A DNA stretch of 64,000 bases from an uncultured Actinomycetes bacterium (GTDB taxonomy: Bacteria; Actinomycetota; Thermoleophilia; Gaiellales; Gaiellaceae). The stretch covers positions 78,290-142,289 of the forward strand of contig CAVSAK010000009.1 in assembly GCA_963725965.1 (NCBI GenBank), written 5' to 3'. Positions 53,286 through 62,174 of this stretch are shown here, one piece after another. The notes beneath the pieces were generated by a model that was not told the origin of the DNA, did not search any database, and saw only the letters and a list, made by a program, of their open reading frames with translations. Each line of letters begins with the position of its first letter. Positions within the stretch are counted from its first letter, which is position 1. The translations under genes were made by a program, and so were the position numbers.

Positions 53286-54244
53286 TCCTGGGAATCGAGA
53301 CGAGCTGCGACGAGACCGCGGCTGCGCTCGTCACCGACGAGGGCGAGATCCGCTCGAGCGTCGTCTCCTCGCAGGCGGAGCTGCATGCACGCTACGGCGG
53401 CGTCGTGCCCGAGGTCGCGTCGCGACGCCATCTCGAGCTCCTGACGCCGGTGATCCGCGAGGCACTGGCGGAGGCCGACGCGAGCCTCGCCGACGTAGGT
53501 CGCATCGCGGTGACTCAGGGGCCCGGGCTGATCGGAGCGCTCCTCGTCGGCCTCGCTGCCGCCAAGGCGGTCGCGTGGTCGCGCCGGCTGCCGCTCGTTC
53601 CCGTCGACCACCTCGACGGACACGTCGCCTCGCTCTACCTCCAACCGGATCCGCTCGAGCCGCCCTTCCTCTGCCTCCTGGCGAGCGGCGGACACACGAT
53701 GCTCCTCGACGTCCGCTCGTACACCGAGCGAAAGCTGCTCGGTTCCACGCTCGACGACGCAGCGGGAGAGGCGTTCGACAAGGGCGCCAGGCTGCTCGGG
53801 CTCGGCTATCCCGGCGGCCGCGAGATCGACCTGCTCGCAGGCGAAGGCGACCCCGACGCCTACGACTTCCCGGTTGCGCGAGTGCAGGGCCTCGACTTCT
53901 CGTTCTCGGGACTGAAGACGGCGCTCCTCTACGCGGTCCGCGACCTGACCGAGGACGAGCTCGCGGCCCGGCGGGCGGATCTCGCCGCGTCCTATCAGCA
54001 CGCGATCGTGCGGGCGCTGGTCGAGCGCGTGCGGGAGGCCGCGGAGCAGACGGGGCGGGAGCGGATCGCGATCGTCGGCGGCGTGGCCGCGAACTCCGCG
54101 CTACGCGCGGCGCTCCCGGACGTGACCGCGGCACCGCTCGCCCTCTGCACCGACAACGCGGCGATGATCGCCTCGGCGGCGCGTTGGACCGATCCCGTGC
54201 CCTACCCGCGGTACCTGGCGCTCGACGCGTACGCATCGCGCTAA
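53261..54244 (+). CDS. tsaD: tRNA N6-adenosine threonylcarbamoyltransferase TsaD
   Basis: ILGIETSCDETAAA, HGGVVPE-like RYGGVVPEVASRRH, TQGPGLIGALLVG, and GGVAANS. GTG 53261 overlaps the rimI 3' end by 25 nt. Confidence 0.92.
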   Translation: MEGSGRPLILGIETSCDETAAALVTDEGEIRSSVVSSQAELHARYGGVVPEVASRRHLELLTPVIREALAEADASLADVGRIAVTQGPGLIGALLVGLAAAKAVAWSRRLPLVPVDHLDGHVASLYLQPDPLEPPFLCLLASGGHTMLLDVRSYTERKLLGSTLDDAAGEAFDKGARLLGLGYPGGREIDLLAGEGDPDAYDFPVARVQGLDFSFSGLKTALLYAVRDLTEDELAARRADLAASYQHAIVRALVERVREAAEQTGRERIAIVGGVAANSALRAALPDVTAAPLALCTDNAAMIASAARWTDPVPYPRYLALDAYASR

Positions 54245-54299
54245 GCTCGCCGCGGCGTCAGTTTTTTTGCCCTCTTTGCAGCGACAAAAGGAGCAGACC

Positions 54300-55568
54300 T
54301 TGGCAGTCGCAACGACGTCTCACCTGCGCGAGAACCCGTTCGAGCTGGCGCGCCAGCAGCTGCGGCGCGTGGGAACCACCTTCGAGATCGACTCGAACCT
54401 GATCGCCGTGCTGGGCGAGTGCAAGAAGGCGATCGAGGTCTCGATCCCCGTGAGCATGGACGACGGGTCGACATCCGTGTTCAAGGGCTACCGCGTGACC
54501 CACAACATCGCGCGGGGGCCGTCGAAGGGGGGCATCCGCTACCACCCCGACGTTACGGTGGACGAGGTCAAGGCGCTCGCGATGTGGATGACGTGGAAGT
54601 GCGCGCTGATGGGGATCCCGTTCGGCGGCGCGAAGGGCGGCGTGGTCTGCGACCCGAAGAAGCTGTCGCGCGGCGAGCTCGAGCGGATGACCCGCCGCTT
54701 CACGAGCGAGATCATCAACGAGATCGGGCCGGAGAAGGACATCCCGGCGCCCGACGTCGGCACCGACGGCTCCACGATGGCCTGGATCTTCGACACCTAC
54801 TCGATGAACAAGGGCCACTCGGTGCTCGGCGTGGTGACGGGCAAGCCGCTTGCGATCGGAGGCTCCCTCGGCCGGGTCGAGGCGACCTCCCGCGGCGCGC
54901 TCTTCTGCATCCGCGACGCCGTCGCCAAGCTCGACAAGCGCATCGCAGGGATGAAGGTCGCCGTCGAGGGCTTCGGCAACGTCGGCAGCTACCTCGCGCA
55001 CTTCCTCCACCAGGAGGGCGCGCTCGTCGTCGCGATCTCCGACTCGACGACCGCGCTCTACAACCCGAAGGGCATCGACGTCCCGGCCGCCATCGCCTAC
55101 AAGGCCGAGAACCGCACGCTCGTGGGCCTCAAGGATGCCGAGACGATCACCGACGAGGAGCTCCTGCTGCTCGAGTGCGACGTCCTCGCGCCGTGCGCGC
55201 TCGAGCAGGTGATCACCGAGCAGAACGCCGACCAGGTCAAGGCGCCGATCATCTGCGAGGGCGCGAACGGGCCGGTCACCCCGGCGGCCGACGCGATCCT
55301 CGAGGACAAGGGCGTCCTCATCCTCCCCGACGTGCTCGCGAACGCGGGCGGCGTCGTCGTCTCCTACTTCGAGTGGGTGCAGGGCCTCCAGGAGTACTTC
55401 TGGAAGGAGGTCGAGGTGAACGCGAAGCTCAACGACATCATGAGCCGCGCCTTCGACCAGACGTGGGAGACGGCGCAGAGCCGGAAGCTGCCGATGCGGG
55501 TCGCCGCTTACGGCCTCGCCGTGCAGCGCGTCGCCGAAGCAACGGTCACGAGAGGCATCTACCCGTAA
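54300..55568 (+). CDS. gdhA: Glutamate dehydrogenase
   Basis: GPSKGGIRYHP and GIPFGGAKGG. TTG 54300 lies 6 nt after AAAGGAG; the track start TTG 54267 lies in a T-run with no SD. Confidence 0.92.
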   Translation: MAVATTSHLRENPFELARQQLRRVGTTFEIDSNLIAVLGECKKAIEVSIPVSMDDGSTSVFKGYRVTHNIARGPSKGGIRYHPDVTVDEVKALAMWMTWKCALMGIPFGGAKGGVVCDPKKLSRGELERMTRRFTSEIINEIGPEKDIPAPDVGTDGSTMAWIFDTYSMNKGHSVLGVVTGKPLAIGGSLGRVEATSRGALFCIRDAVAKLDKRIAGMKVAVEGFGNVGSYLAHFLHQEGALVVAISDSTTALYNPKGIDVPAAIAYKAENRTLVGLKDAETITDEELLLLECDVLAPCALEQVITEQNADQVKAPIICEGANGPVTPAADAILEDKGVLILPDVLANAGGVVVSYFEWVQGLQEYFWKEVEVNAKLNDIMSRAFDQTWETAQSRKLPMRVAAYGLAVQRVAEATVTRGIYP

Positions 55569-55810
55569 CGGAGGTCGTCCTCTACACCGCGGCGGGCTGC
55601 CATCTCTGCGAGGCGGCCCGGCGCGTCGTCGGTGCCGCACGCGACGAGCTCGGCTTCATCCTGCGGGAGGTCGCGATCGACGGCGATTCCGAGCTCGAGG
55701 CTGCCTACCGCGAGTGGATCCCCGTCGTCGAGATCGACGGCAAGCGGCGCTTCGTCTACTACGTCCATCCCGACGCGCTTAGCAAGGCGGTTGCACAAGC
55801 GGACGCATAA
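55565..55810 (+). CDS. Glutaredoxin-like protein (CxxC), start codon unresolved
   Basis: VVLYTAAGCHLCEAA...WIPVVEIDG...FVYY is a small glutaredoxin/DUF836-like fold. There is no ATG, GTG or TTG in frame near the N-terminus. The frame opens at GTA 55565, which overlaps the gdhA TAA stop. Confidence 0.65.
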   Translation, partial: VTEVVLYTAAGCHLCEAARRVVGAARDELGFILREVAIDGDSELEAAYREWIPVVEIDGKRRFVYYVHPDALSKAVAQADA

Positions 55811-55867
55811 GGGGCTTGCTACAACAGAGAACGCTGTCACGAAGTCGAGCTGGACGAAGGGGGTTGT

Positions 55868-56488
55868 GTGGCCGATCGCCTGAACGTCGGCGTCGCCGCC
55901 CGCCTGTCCCGGTACCTCCAGGTGCTGACGCAGGCGCGCAAGATGGGGAAGACGCGGATCTCCTCGCAGGAGATCGCCGAGTACACGAACATCAACGCGA
56001 CCCAGATCCGCCGCGACCTGTCGAACTTCGGCAAATTCGGCAAGCGCGGGGTCGGCTATTCGATCGAGCTCCTGCTCGACGCGATTCGGAAGATCCTGCG
56101 CACGCAAGGGCAGCACAACGTCGCGCTCGTGGGCGCCGGCCGGCTCGGGCAGGCGATCGCCTCGTCCTCGATTTTCGCGGAGCACGGGATCAACATCGCC
56201 GCTGTCGTGGACACCGACCCAGGGAAGGTCGGGCAGCCGATCGGTCATGTCTCGGTCGAGCCGTACGGCAGGCTCGGCGAGCTCGTGCGCGAGCACAACG
56301 TCGTGGTCGGCGTGCTCGCTGTTCCGGCAGATGCGGCCCAGCCGGCGGCGAACGATCTCGTCTCGGCCGGCGTGCAGATCATCTTCAACTACTCCGAGGC
56401 GCTGCTCGAGACTCCCGCCGACGTGACGGTGCATACGTCGAATCCCGCCGTCGAGCTCCTCTACGCACTGTATTTTCACCTGACCTGA
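55868..56488 (+). CDS. rex: Redox-sensing repressor Rex
   Basis: RLSRYLQVL, ISSQEIAEYTNINATQIRRDLSNFGKFGKRGVGY, and Rossmann VALVGAGRLG. Confidence 0.92.
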   Translation: MADRLNVGVAARLSRYLQVLTQARKMGKTRISSQEIAEYTNINATQIRRDLSNFGKFGKRGVGYSIELLLDAIRKILRTQGQHNVALVGAGRLGQAIASSSIFAEHGINIAAVVDTDPGKVGQPIGHVSVEPYGRLGELVREHNVVVGVLAVPADAAQPAANDLVSAGVQIIFNYSEALLETPADVTVHTSNPAVELLYALYFHLT

Positions 56489-57720
56489 GAATTCTCCTCT
56501 GGCACGGGTACCTGCTCGGCGGCACCGGGTCGAACGTCTATACCCGGGCGCTCGCGCGCGAGTGGAGCCTCGCCGGGCATGACGTCACGGTCGTCTGCCA
56601 AGAGCGGCATCCGGAGGAATACGACCTCGGCGACGCGAGCGTCGTCGTGCCAGAGCTACCCGGCGGCCTGCTTCCCACCTTCGTCCTCGACCGCTACGAG
56701 GGGCTCGAGGCGCGGCTGCTCGTCGACTTCTCCCCGGACGAGCGCGCGGCGTACGTCGCGGCGAACGCCGCCGCGCTGCGCGAGCTTGCGCCCGCGGATC
56801 TCGTCTTCGCGAACCACGTCCTGCTCGGCGCGCCGGTCGGTGCGGCAAGTGGGATGCGCTTCCGCGTCAAGGCGCACGGCTCGGAGCTCGAGTACGCGAT
56901 GCGGGGACGGCCCGACCTTGCGCGCTGGGGCGCGGAGACGCTTGCCCGAGCGGAGGTCGTCTACGCCGGCTCCGAGCACATCCGTATCGTCCTCGACGAG
57001 ATCGTCGGCCACCTCGACCACGTCGCGATCGTCCCCCCGGGAGTCGACGTCGAGGCATTCCGGCCGGAGCCTCGTGAGGAGGCGCTTGCGGCGCTGCTCG
57101 AGGAAGCTCGCGCCGACCCGCCGAATCCTGGGAATCGCGAGGAGCGGCTCCCGGACGAAGGCAATGCCGTGCGGTTCGCCCGCTTCTTCGCCGACGAGCG
57201 GCCGACCGTCGTCTACTTCGGGAAGCTGATCGAAAACAAGGGCGTCCAGGTTCTGCTCGAGGCGCTGGCGGGACTCGACGCTCGAGCCGTGGTCGTCGGG
57301 TTCGGCGACTTCCGGGAGGAGCTCGAGGCCCGCGCACCGCTGGGAACGCTCTTCTGCGGGCCGCTCGAGCACCGCCACCTCCGGCACCTGCTGCCGCTCA
57401 GCGACGTCGCCGTCGTCCCGTCGATCTTCCCCGAGGCGTTCGGCATGGTCGCGGCGGAGGCGGCGGCGGCCGGCGTGCTGCCGGTGGTGTCGGCGCATTC
57501 GGGTCTCGCGGAGGTGGCCGCGGGCATCGGCGAGGAGGTCGGGCCCGAGACGGCAGCGTTGCTGTCCTTTCCCGCCGGGGATGCCGACGCGCTCCGGGAT
57601 CGGTTGGCGGCGATCCTCGAGCTTCCGGGCGAGCGTCGGCGCGAGCTCGGCCTCGCCGCGCGGCGCGCCGTCGAGCGCCGTTGGAGCTGGCGCGTGGTCG
57701 CCGGACAATTGCTCGCGTGA
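56485..57720 (+). CDS. Glycosyltransferase family 4 (GT-B), start non-canonical or uncertain
   Basis: N-terminus RILLWHGYLLGGTGSNVYTRALAREW. C-terminal EAFGMVAAEAAAAG (E-x7-E-like). No ATG, GTG or TTG is available in frame. CTG 56485 lies in a CTGA overlap with the rex stop. Confidence 0.82.
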   Translation: MRILLWHGYLLGGTGSNVYTRALAREWSLAGHDVTVVCQERHPEEYDLGDASVVVPELPGGLLPTFVLDRYEGLEARLLVDFSPDERAAYVAANAAALRELAPADLVFANHVLLGAPVGAASGMRFRVKAHGSELEYAMRGRPDLARWGAETLARAEVVYAGSEHIRIVLDEIVGHLDHVAIVPPGVDVEAFRPEPREEALAALLEEARADPPNPGNREERLPDEGNAVRFARFFADERPTVVYFGKLIENKGVQVLLEALAGLDARAVVVGFGDFREELEARAPLGTLFCGPLEHRHLRHLLPLSDVAVVPSIFPEAFGMVAAEAAAAGVLPVVSAHSGLAEVAAGIGEEVGPETAALLSFPAGDADALRDRLAAILELPGERRRELGLAARRAVERRWSWRVVAGQLLA

Positions 57721-58808
57721 GCGCGAACGGCGCCCCGGCACGCGAGCCCGAGATCTTCGGGATCGACCGGCGGAAGGCGCTGCTCACAGGCGTCGGCGCG
57801 CTCGTCCTCGCGGTTGTCGCCGTGGTCGGGATCGGCCAGGTCACGAGCTTCAAGCAGGTGGTGGACGCGCTCGAGCGTGCCGACTCGGTGTGGTTCCCGG
57901 TCTGCCTCGGCGGCGAGCTCGTCGCGTATGTCGGGTACGTCGCGGCCTACCGCGACGTCGCACGGGTCGACCGGGGGCCTTTGCTCGGCATTTGGACGAC
58001 CGTCCGTATCGTCGTGATCGGCTTCGGCGCAGTCATCGTCGGCTCCAGCGCCGGCACGATCGGCATCGACTACTGGGCGCTGAACCGGGCCGGCGAGCGA
58101 CCGCACATGGCGGTGCGTCGCGTCCTCGGCGTGTACACGCTCCAGTGGCTCGTGCTCGCGATCATGGCGTTCGTCGCCGCGGCAATCTCGGTGGCCGGCC
58201 CGTGGGACGTCCCGCCGGCGATGGAAGCGGCGTGGCTCGTGCTCGTGCCGGTCTGCATCGCGGCCGCAGTCTGGGTGAGCTCGCCGCGGCGGGGTGAGCG
58301 GCTCTCGTCGCTGCCGCACGACACGGTCCGCCTCGGACGCAGTCCGCGGACCTGGCCGGACTGGCTCTGGCACGCCGCCCGTGCGGCCTTCTCGGACGCG
58401 GTGGGCGGGGTGATGCTCGTCCGCCACGTCCTCCACCGGCCGCTCTCGTATCCGGCCGCGCTCCTCGGCTTCCCGGTCTACTGGGCCGGGGACGTGCTCA
58501 CGTTCTACGCCGCCCTGCGGGCGTTCGGCGTGCATCCGCCGCTCGCGCCGCTCGTGCTCGCCTACGCGACGGGCTTCATCATCACCGCGCTGCCGCTTCC
58601 CGCGGGAGGCTCGGGTGGCGTGGAGGCCGGTCTGACCTTCTCTCTCCACGCCGTCGGGATCCCGATCGCACCTGCGCTTCTCGCCACGCTCGTCTACCGC
58701 GTCTTCACGCTCTGGCTCCCGGTGATTCCGACGCTCGCGCTCCTGCCGCAGGTCCCGGTCCTCGACCGCGAGCTGCCGTTGGTTCCGCGCGCGCAGAACC
58801 CTAGTTAG
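57717..58808 (+). CDS. Lysylphosphatidylglycerol-synthase-TM-like / flippase-like membrane protein (UPF0104)
   Basis: GTGA overlap with the GT4 stop. About 8 TM segments, and LPLPAGGSGGVEAGL typical of the family. Confidence 0.7.
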   Translation: MSANGAPAREPEIFGIDRRKALLTGVGALVLAVVAVVGIGQVTSFKQVVDALERADSVWFPVCLGGELVAYVGYVAAYRDVARVDRGPLLGIWTTVRIVVIGFGAVIVGSSAGTIGIDYWALNRAGERPHMAVRRVLGVYTLQWLVLAIMAFVAAAISVAGPWDVPPAMEAAWLVLVPVCIAAAVWVSSPRRGERLSSLPHDTVRLGRSPRTWPDWLWHAARAAFSDAVGGVMLVRHVLHRPLSYPAALLGFPVYWAGDVLTFYAALRAFGVHPPLAPLVLAYATGFIITALPLPAGGSGGVEAGLTFSLHAVGIPIAPALLATLVYRVFTLWLPVIPTLALLPQVPVLDRELPLVPRAQNPS

Positions 58809-58817
58809 GCTTTCCAC

Positions 58818-59978
58818 GTGGGCGAGGAGCAGCGGCTCGGCTACCAAGAGATGCTCGCGCTCTCCCGCGAGTCGTTCGACGCTGTCCCCGATTTCACCGT
58901 CGCGGTCGAGGAGGAGTTCGCGCTCCTCGACCCGGAGACGCTCGACCTCGTCAACCGCTTCGAGGAGCTCCAGGAAGCGGCACTGGGGACCGAGCTCGAG
59001 CCGCACCTCGTCGGCGAACTGATCGCCTCCGAGATCGAGGTCCGCACCGGGCGCTGCGACTCGTTCGCCGACGCCGCGGCGCTGCTGGGCGAGCGGCGGC
59101 AGCAGCTACGCGAGCTCGCCGAGCCGCGCGGGGTGGCGCTCGGCGCAACGGGCACGCATCCGTGGAGCCCGTGGCAGAACCAGCGGATCATCGACACGCC
59201 GCACTACCGCCGCAATGACGAGGTCCTCCGCTACGTCGTCTGGCGCAACAACTCGTTCGGCCAGCACGTCCACGTCGGCATCCACGGCGCCGACCGCGCG
59301 ATCCGCGTCTGTTCGGTGCTGCGCAACTTTCTGCCGGAGCTGCTGGCGCTCTCCGCGAGCTCGCCGTTCGTGGAGGGCGTCTTCTCGGGGCTCCACTCGG
59401 CGCGCACGCAGATCTTCACGCGCATGTTTCCTCGCTGCGGCATCCCGGACGCGCTGCCGAGTTGGGACGAATGGGAGAAGTACGTCCGCTTCCTCTACGA
59501 GACGCGCTCGATCACGGAGCACACGCAGATCTGGTGGAGCGTGCGCCCGCACCTCACGTTTCCGACCGTCGAGATCCGGATCTGCGACGCGCAGCCCGAC
59601 CTCGGCGAGTCGCGCTCGCTCGCGGCGCTCGGCTACGCGCTCACCGCACGGGTTGCGCGTGCGCTCGACGAGGGCGAGCCGCTGCCGAATTTGCCGAACC
59701 GCCTGGTCGAGGAGAACCTCTGGCGGGCGATCCGGTACGGCCTCTCAGGCGAGCTGCTCGACTTCGCGCGAGGGGAGCCGATTCCCGCGCGCGCCCGCAT
59801 CGAACAGCTCCTCGAGTGGGTGCGGCCGGTCGCGGAAGAGCTCGGAGCCGCCGAGTGGCTGGCGATCCCCGAGCGGAACGCCGCCGAGCGCCAGATCGCG
59901 CGCCACGACGAGGGCGCGAGCATGCAGGAGATCTTCGCCGAGCAGGTGCGCTGGCACCTCAGGACGCCCACTTCGTGA
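58818..59978 (+). CDS. Carboxylate-amine ligase, GCS2/YbdK family
   Basis: FTVAVEEEFALLD, GELIASEIEVRTG, GTHPW and HVHVGI. Confidence 0.85.
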   Translation: MGEEQRLGYQEMLALSRESFDAVPDFTVAVEEEFALLDPETLDLVNRFEELQEAALGTELEPHLVGELIASEIEVRTGRCDSFADAAALLGERRQQLRELAEPRGVALGATGTHPWSPWQNQRIIDTPHYRRNDEVLRYVVWRNNSFGQHVHVGIHGADRAIRVCSVLRNFLPELLALSASSPFVEGVFSGLHSARTQIFTRMFPRCGIPDALPSWDEWEKYVRFLYETRSITEHTQIWWSVRPHLTFPTVEIRICDAQPDLGESRSLAALGYALTARVARALDEGEPLPNLPNRLVEENLWRAIRYGLSGELLDFARGEPIPARARIEQLLEWVRPVAEELGAAEWLAIPERNAAERQIARHDEGASMQEIFAEQVRWHLRTPTS

Positions 59979-60068
59979 CACGGTCAATCCGGCCTGTGTG
60001 GTAAAAACCAGCCGCGCCGGGGTCGTCTCGGCGCTGACTTTGTGACGCCCGGAGGGAGCTTCTAACCG

Positions 60069-62156
60069 ATGAGTTGGTTCATGGATCATGCTGTGCTGTT
60101 CGCGCTGCTGTGCGCGGGCGCAGCCGTCCTCTACGGCCTCGGCCTCACCGTCTGGCTGCTGCGGCAGCCGGCCGGCAACGAGCGGATGCAGGAGATCGCG
60201 CGCGCCGTGCAGGAGGGCGCCGCCGCGTACCTGCGCCGCCAGTACCAGACGATCGCCGTGGTCGCGATCGTGCCGTTCCTGCTGCTCGGCTTCTACCACT
60301 CGCTCGGCTGGGCGACGGCGATCGGCTTCCTCATCGGCGCCGTTCTGTCTGCCGCCGCCGGCTTCATCGGGATGAACGTCGCCGTGCGCTCGAATGTGCG
60401 GACGGCGGAGGCGGCGCGGCACGGGCTGCCGCAGGCGCTCAACGTCGCCTTCCGCGCCGGCTCGGTGACGGGCCTCATGGTCGTCGGACTCGCGCTCTTC
60501 GGAGTTGCAGGCTACTACTGGATCCTCACCGCCGGGATCGGCGACACCCCGAATCAGGCGATTCATCACCTCGTCGGCCTTGCCTTCGGTGGCTCGCTCA
60601 TCTCCGTCTTCGCCCGGCTCGGCGGCGGCATCTACACGAAGGCCGCGGATGTCGGCGCCGACCTGGTGGGCAAGATCGAGGCCGGAATTCCGGAGGACGA
60701 TCCGCGCAACCCGGCCGTGATCGCGGACAACGTCGGCGACAACGTCGGCGACTGCGCCGGTATGGCGGCCGACCTGTTCGAGACGTACGCCGTGACCGCC
60801 GTCGCCGTGATGCTGCTCGGCGTCACGGCCCCAACTGCCTTCGCCGGGAAGAGCCTCTGGCTCTACCCCCTCGCGATCGGCGGTGTCTCGATCATCGCCT
60901 CGATCATCGGAGTCCAGTTTGCGCGGGTGCGTCCCGGCGGCAACATCATGAATGCGCTCTACCGCGCGGTCCTCGTCGCCTCGGTCATCTCGGCGCTCAT
61001 CTTCATCCCTGTCACGAAGGCCTTCGTCGGGCACCCGGCCACCAACTTCGTCGGCGTAACCATTGCCCCTCACATCTACTCCTTCGGCGAGCTCTACGGC
61101 TCGGCGCTGATCGGGCTCGCGATCACCGCGCTGCTCGTCGGAATAACGGAGTTCTACACGGGCACGCGCTGGAATCCTGTCAAGTCGATCGCGCGCGCGT
61201 CGCAGACCGGCCACGCGACGAACATCATCGAAGGCCTCGCCATCGGGATGCAGGCGACGGCGCTGCCCGTCATCGTGATCGCGATCGGGATTCTGGTCGC
61301 CAATCACTTCGCGGGCCTGTTCGGCATCGGCGTCGCCGTGATGGCGCAGCTCTCGATGACCGGCCTCATCGTTGCGCTCGACGCCTATGGCCCCGTCACC
61401 GACAACGCCGGCGGCATCGCCGAGATGGCCGACCTTCCGCCTGAGGTGCGCGCGATCACCGACCCACTCGACGCGGTCGGCAACACGACCAAGGCGGTGA
61501 CGAAGGGCTACGCGATCGGCTCCGCCGCGCTCGCGGCCCTCGTCCTCTTCGGCTCGTACTCCGACGGGCTGCGGGAGCAAGGCCTGCCGACGATCTTCCA
61601 GCTCAACGATGCCTGGGTCATCGCCGGGCTGTTGATCGGTGGCCTGATGCCGTTCCTGTTCGCCTCGCTCGCGATGCAGGCCGTGGGGCGAGTCGGCGGC
61701 GAGGTCGTGGAGGAGGTGCGGCGCCAGTTCCGCGAGCACCCGGGAATCATGGAGGGCACGGAGCGGCCGGAGTACGGCCCTGCGATCGACATCGTGACCG
61801 GCTCCGCGATCCGCTCGATGATCGCGCCCGCGCTCGTACCGATCGTCTTCCCGATCGTCGTAGGCCTCATCAGCGCGAAGATGCTCGGCGGGCTCCTGAT
61901 CGGGACGATCGTGACGGGACTGTTCCTCGCGATCGCGATGACGGCAGGCGGCGGCGCGTGGGACAACGCGAAGAAGCTGATCGAGGACGGCCTCTACGGC
62001 GGCAAGGGCTCCGAAGCCCACGCCGCTGCCGTCACGGGCGACACGGTCGGCGATCCGTACAAGGACACGGCGGGCCCGGCGATCAACCCGATGATCAAGA
62101 TCACGAACATCGTCGCGATCCTGATCATCCCGCTGATCATCTCCGTCCACGGCTAG
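60069..62156 (+). CDS. hppA: Membrane-integral ion-translocating pyrophosphatase
   Basis: [50 protein letters not shown] and [14 protein letters not shown]. Confidence 0.95.
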   Translation: MSWFMDHAVLFALLCAGAAVLYGLGLTVWLLRQPAGNERMQEIARAVQEGAAAYLRRQYQTIAVVAIVPFLLLGFYHSLGWATAIGFLIGAVLSAAAGFIGMNVAVRSNVRTAEAARHGLPQALNVAFRAGSVTGLMVVGLALFGVAGYYWILTAGIGDTPNQAIHHLVGLAFGGSLISVFARLGGGIYTKAADVGADLVGKIEAGIPEDDPRNPAVIADNVGDNVGDCAGMAADLFETYAVTAVAVMLLGVTAPTAFAGKSLWLYPLAIGGVSIIASIIGVQFARVRPGGNIMNALYRAVLVASVISALIFIPVTKAFVGHPATNFVGVTIAPHIYSFGELYGSALIGLAITALLVGITEFYTGTRWNPVKSIARASQTGHATNIIEGLAIGMQATALPVIVIAIGILVANHFAGLFGIGVAVMAQLSMTGLIVALDAYGPVTDNAGGIAEMADLPPEVRAITDPLDAVGNTTKAVTKGYAIGSAALAALVLFGSYSDGLREQGLPTIFQLNDAWVIAGLLIGGLMPFLFASLAMQAVGRVGGEVVEEVRRQFREHPGIMEGTERPEYGPAIDIVTGSAIRSMIAPALVPIVFPIVVGLISAKMLGGLLIGTIVTGLFLAIAMTAGGGAWDNAKKLIEDGLYGGKGSEAHAAAVTGDTVGDPYKDTAGPAINPMIKITNIVAILIIPLIISVHG

Positions 62157-62174
62157 CGGAGTACCGTTTCCCGG

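Noticed and set aside
54245-54268. An intrinsic terminator after the tsaD gene, suggested by a run of seven T (54262-54268).
   Set aside because: The preceding sequence offers only the short self-complementary GCCGCGGC, which leaves no usable loop. The T-run is notable in this genome, but I cannot support a stable stem.
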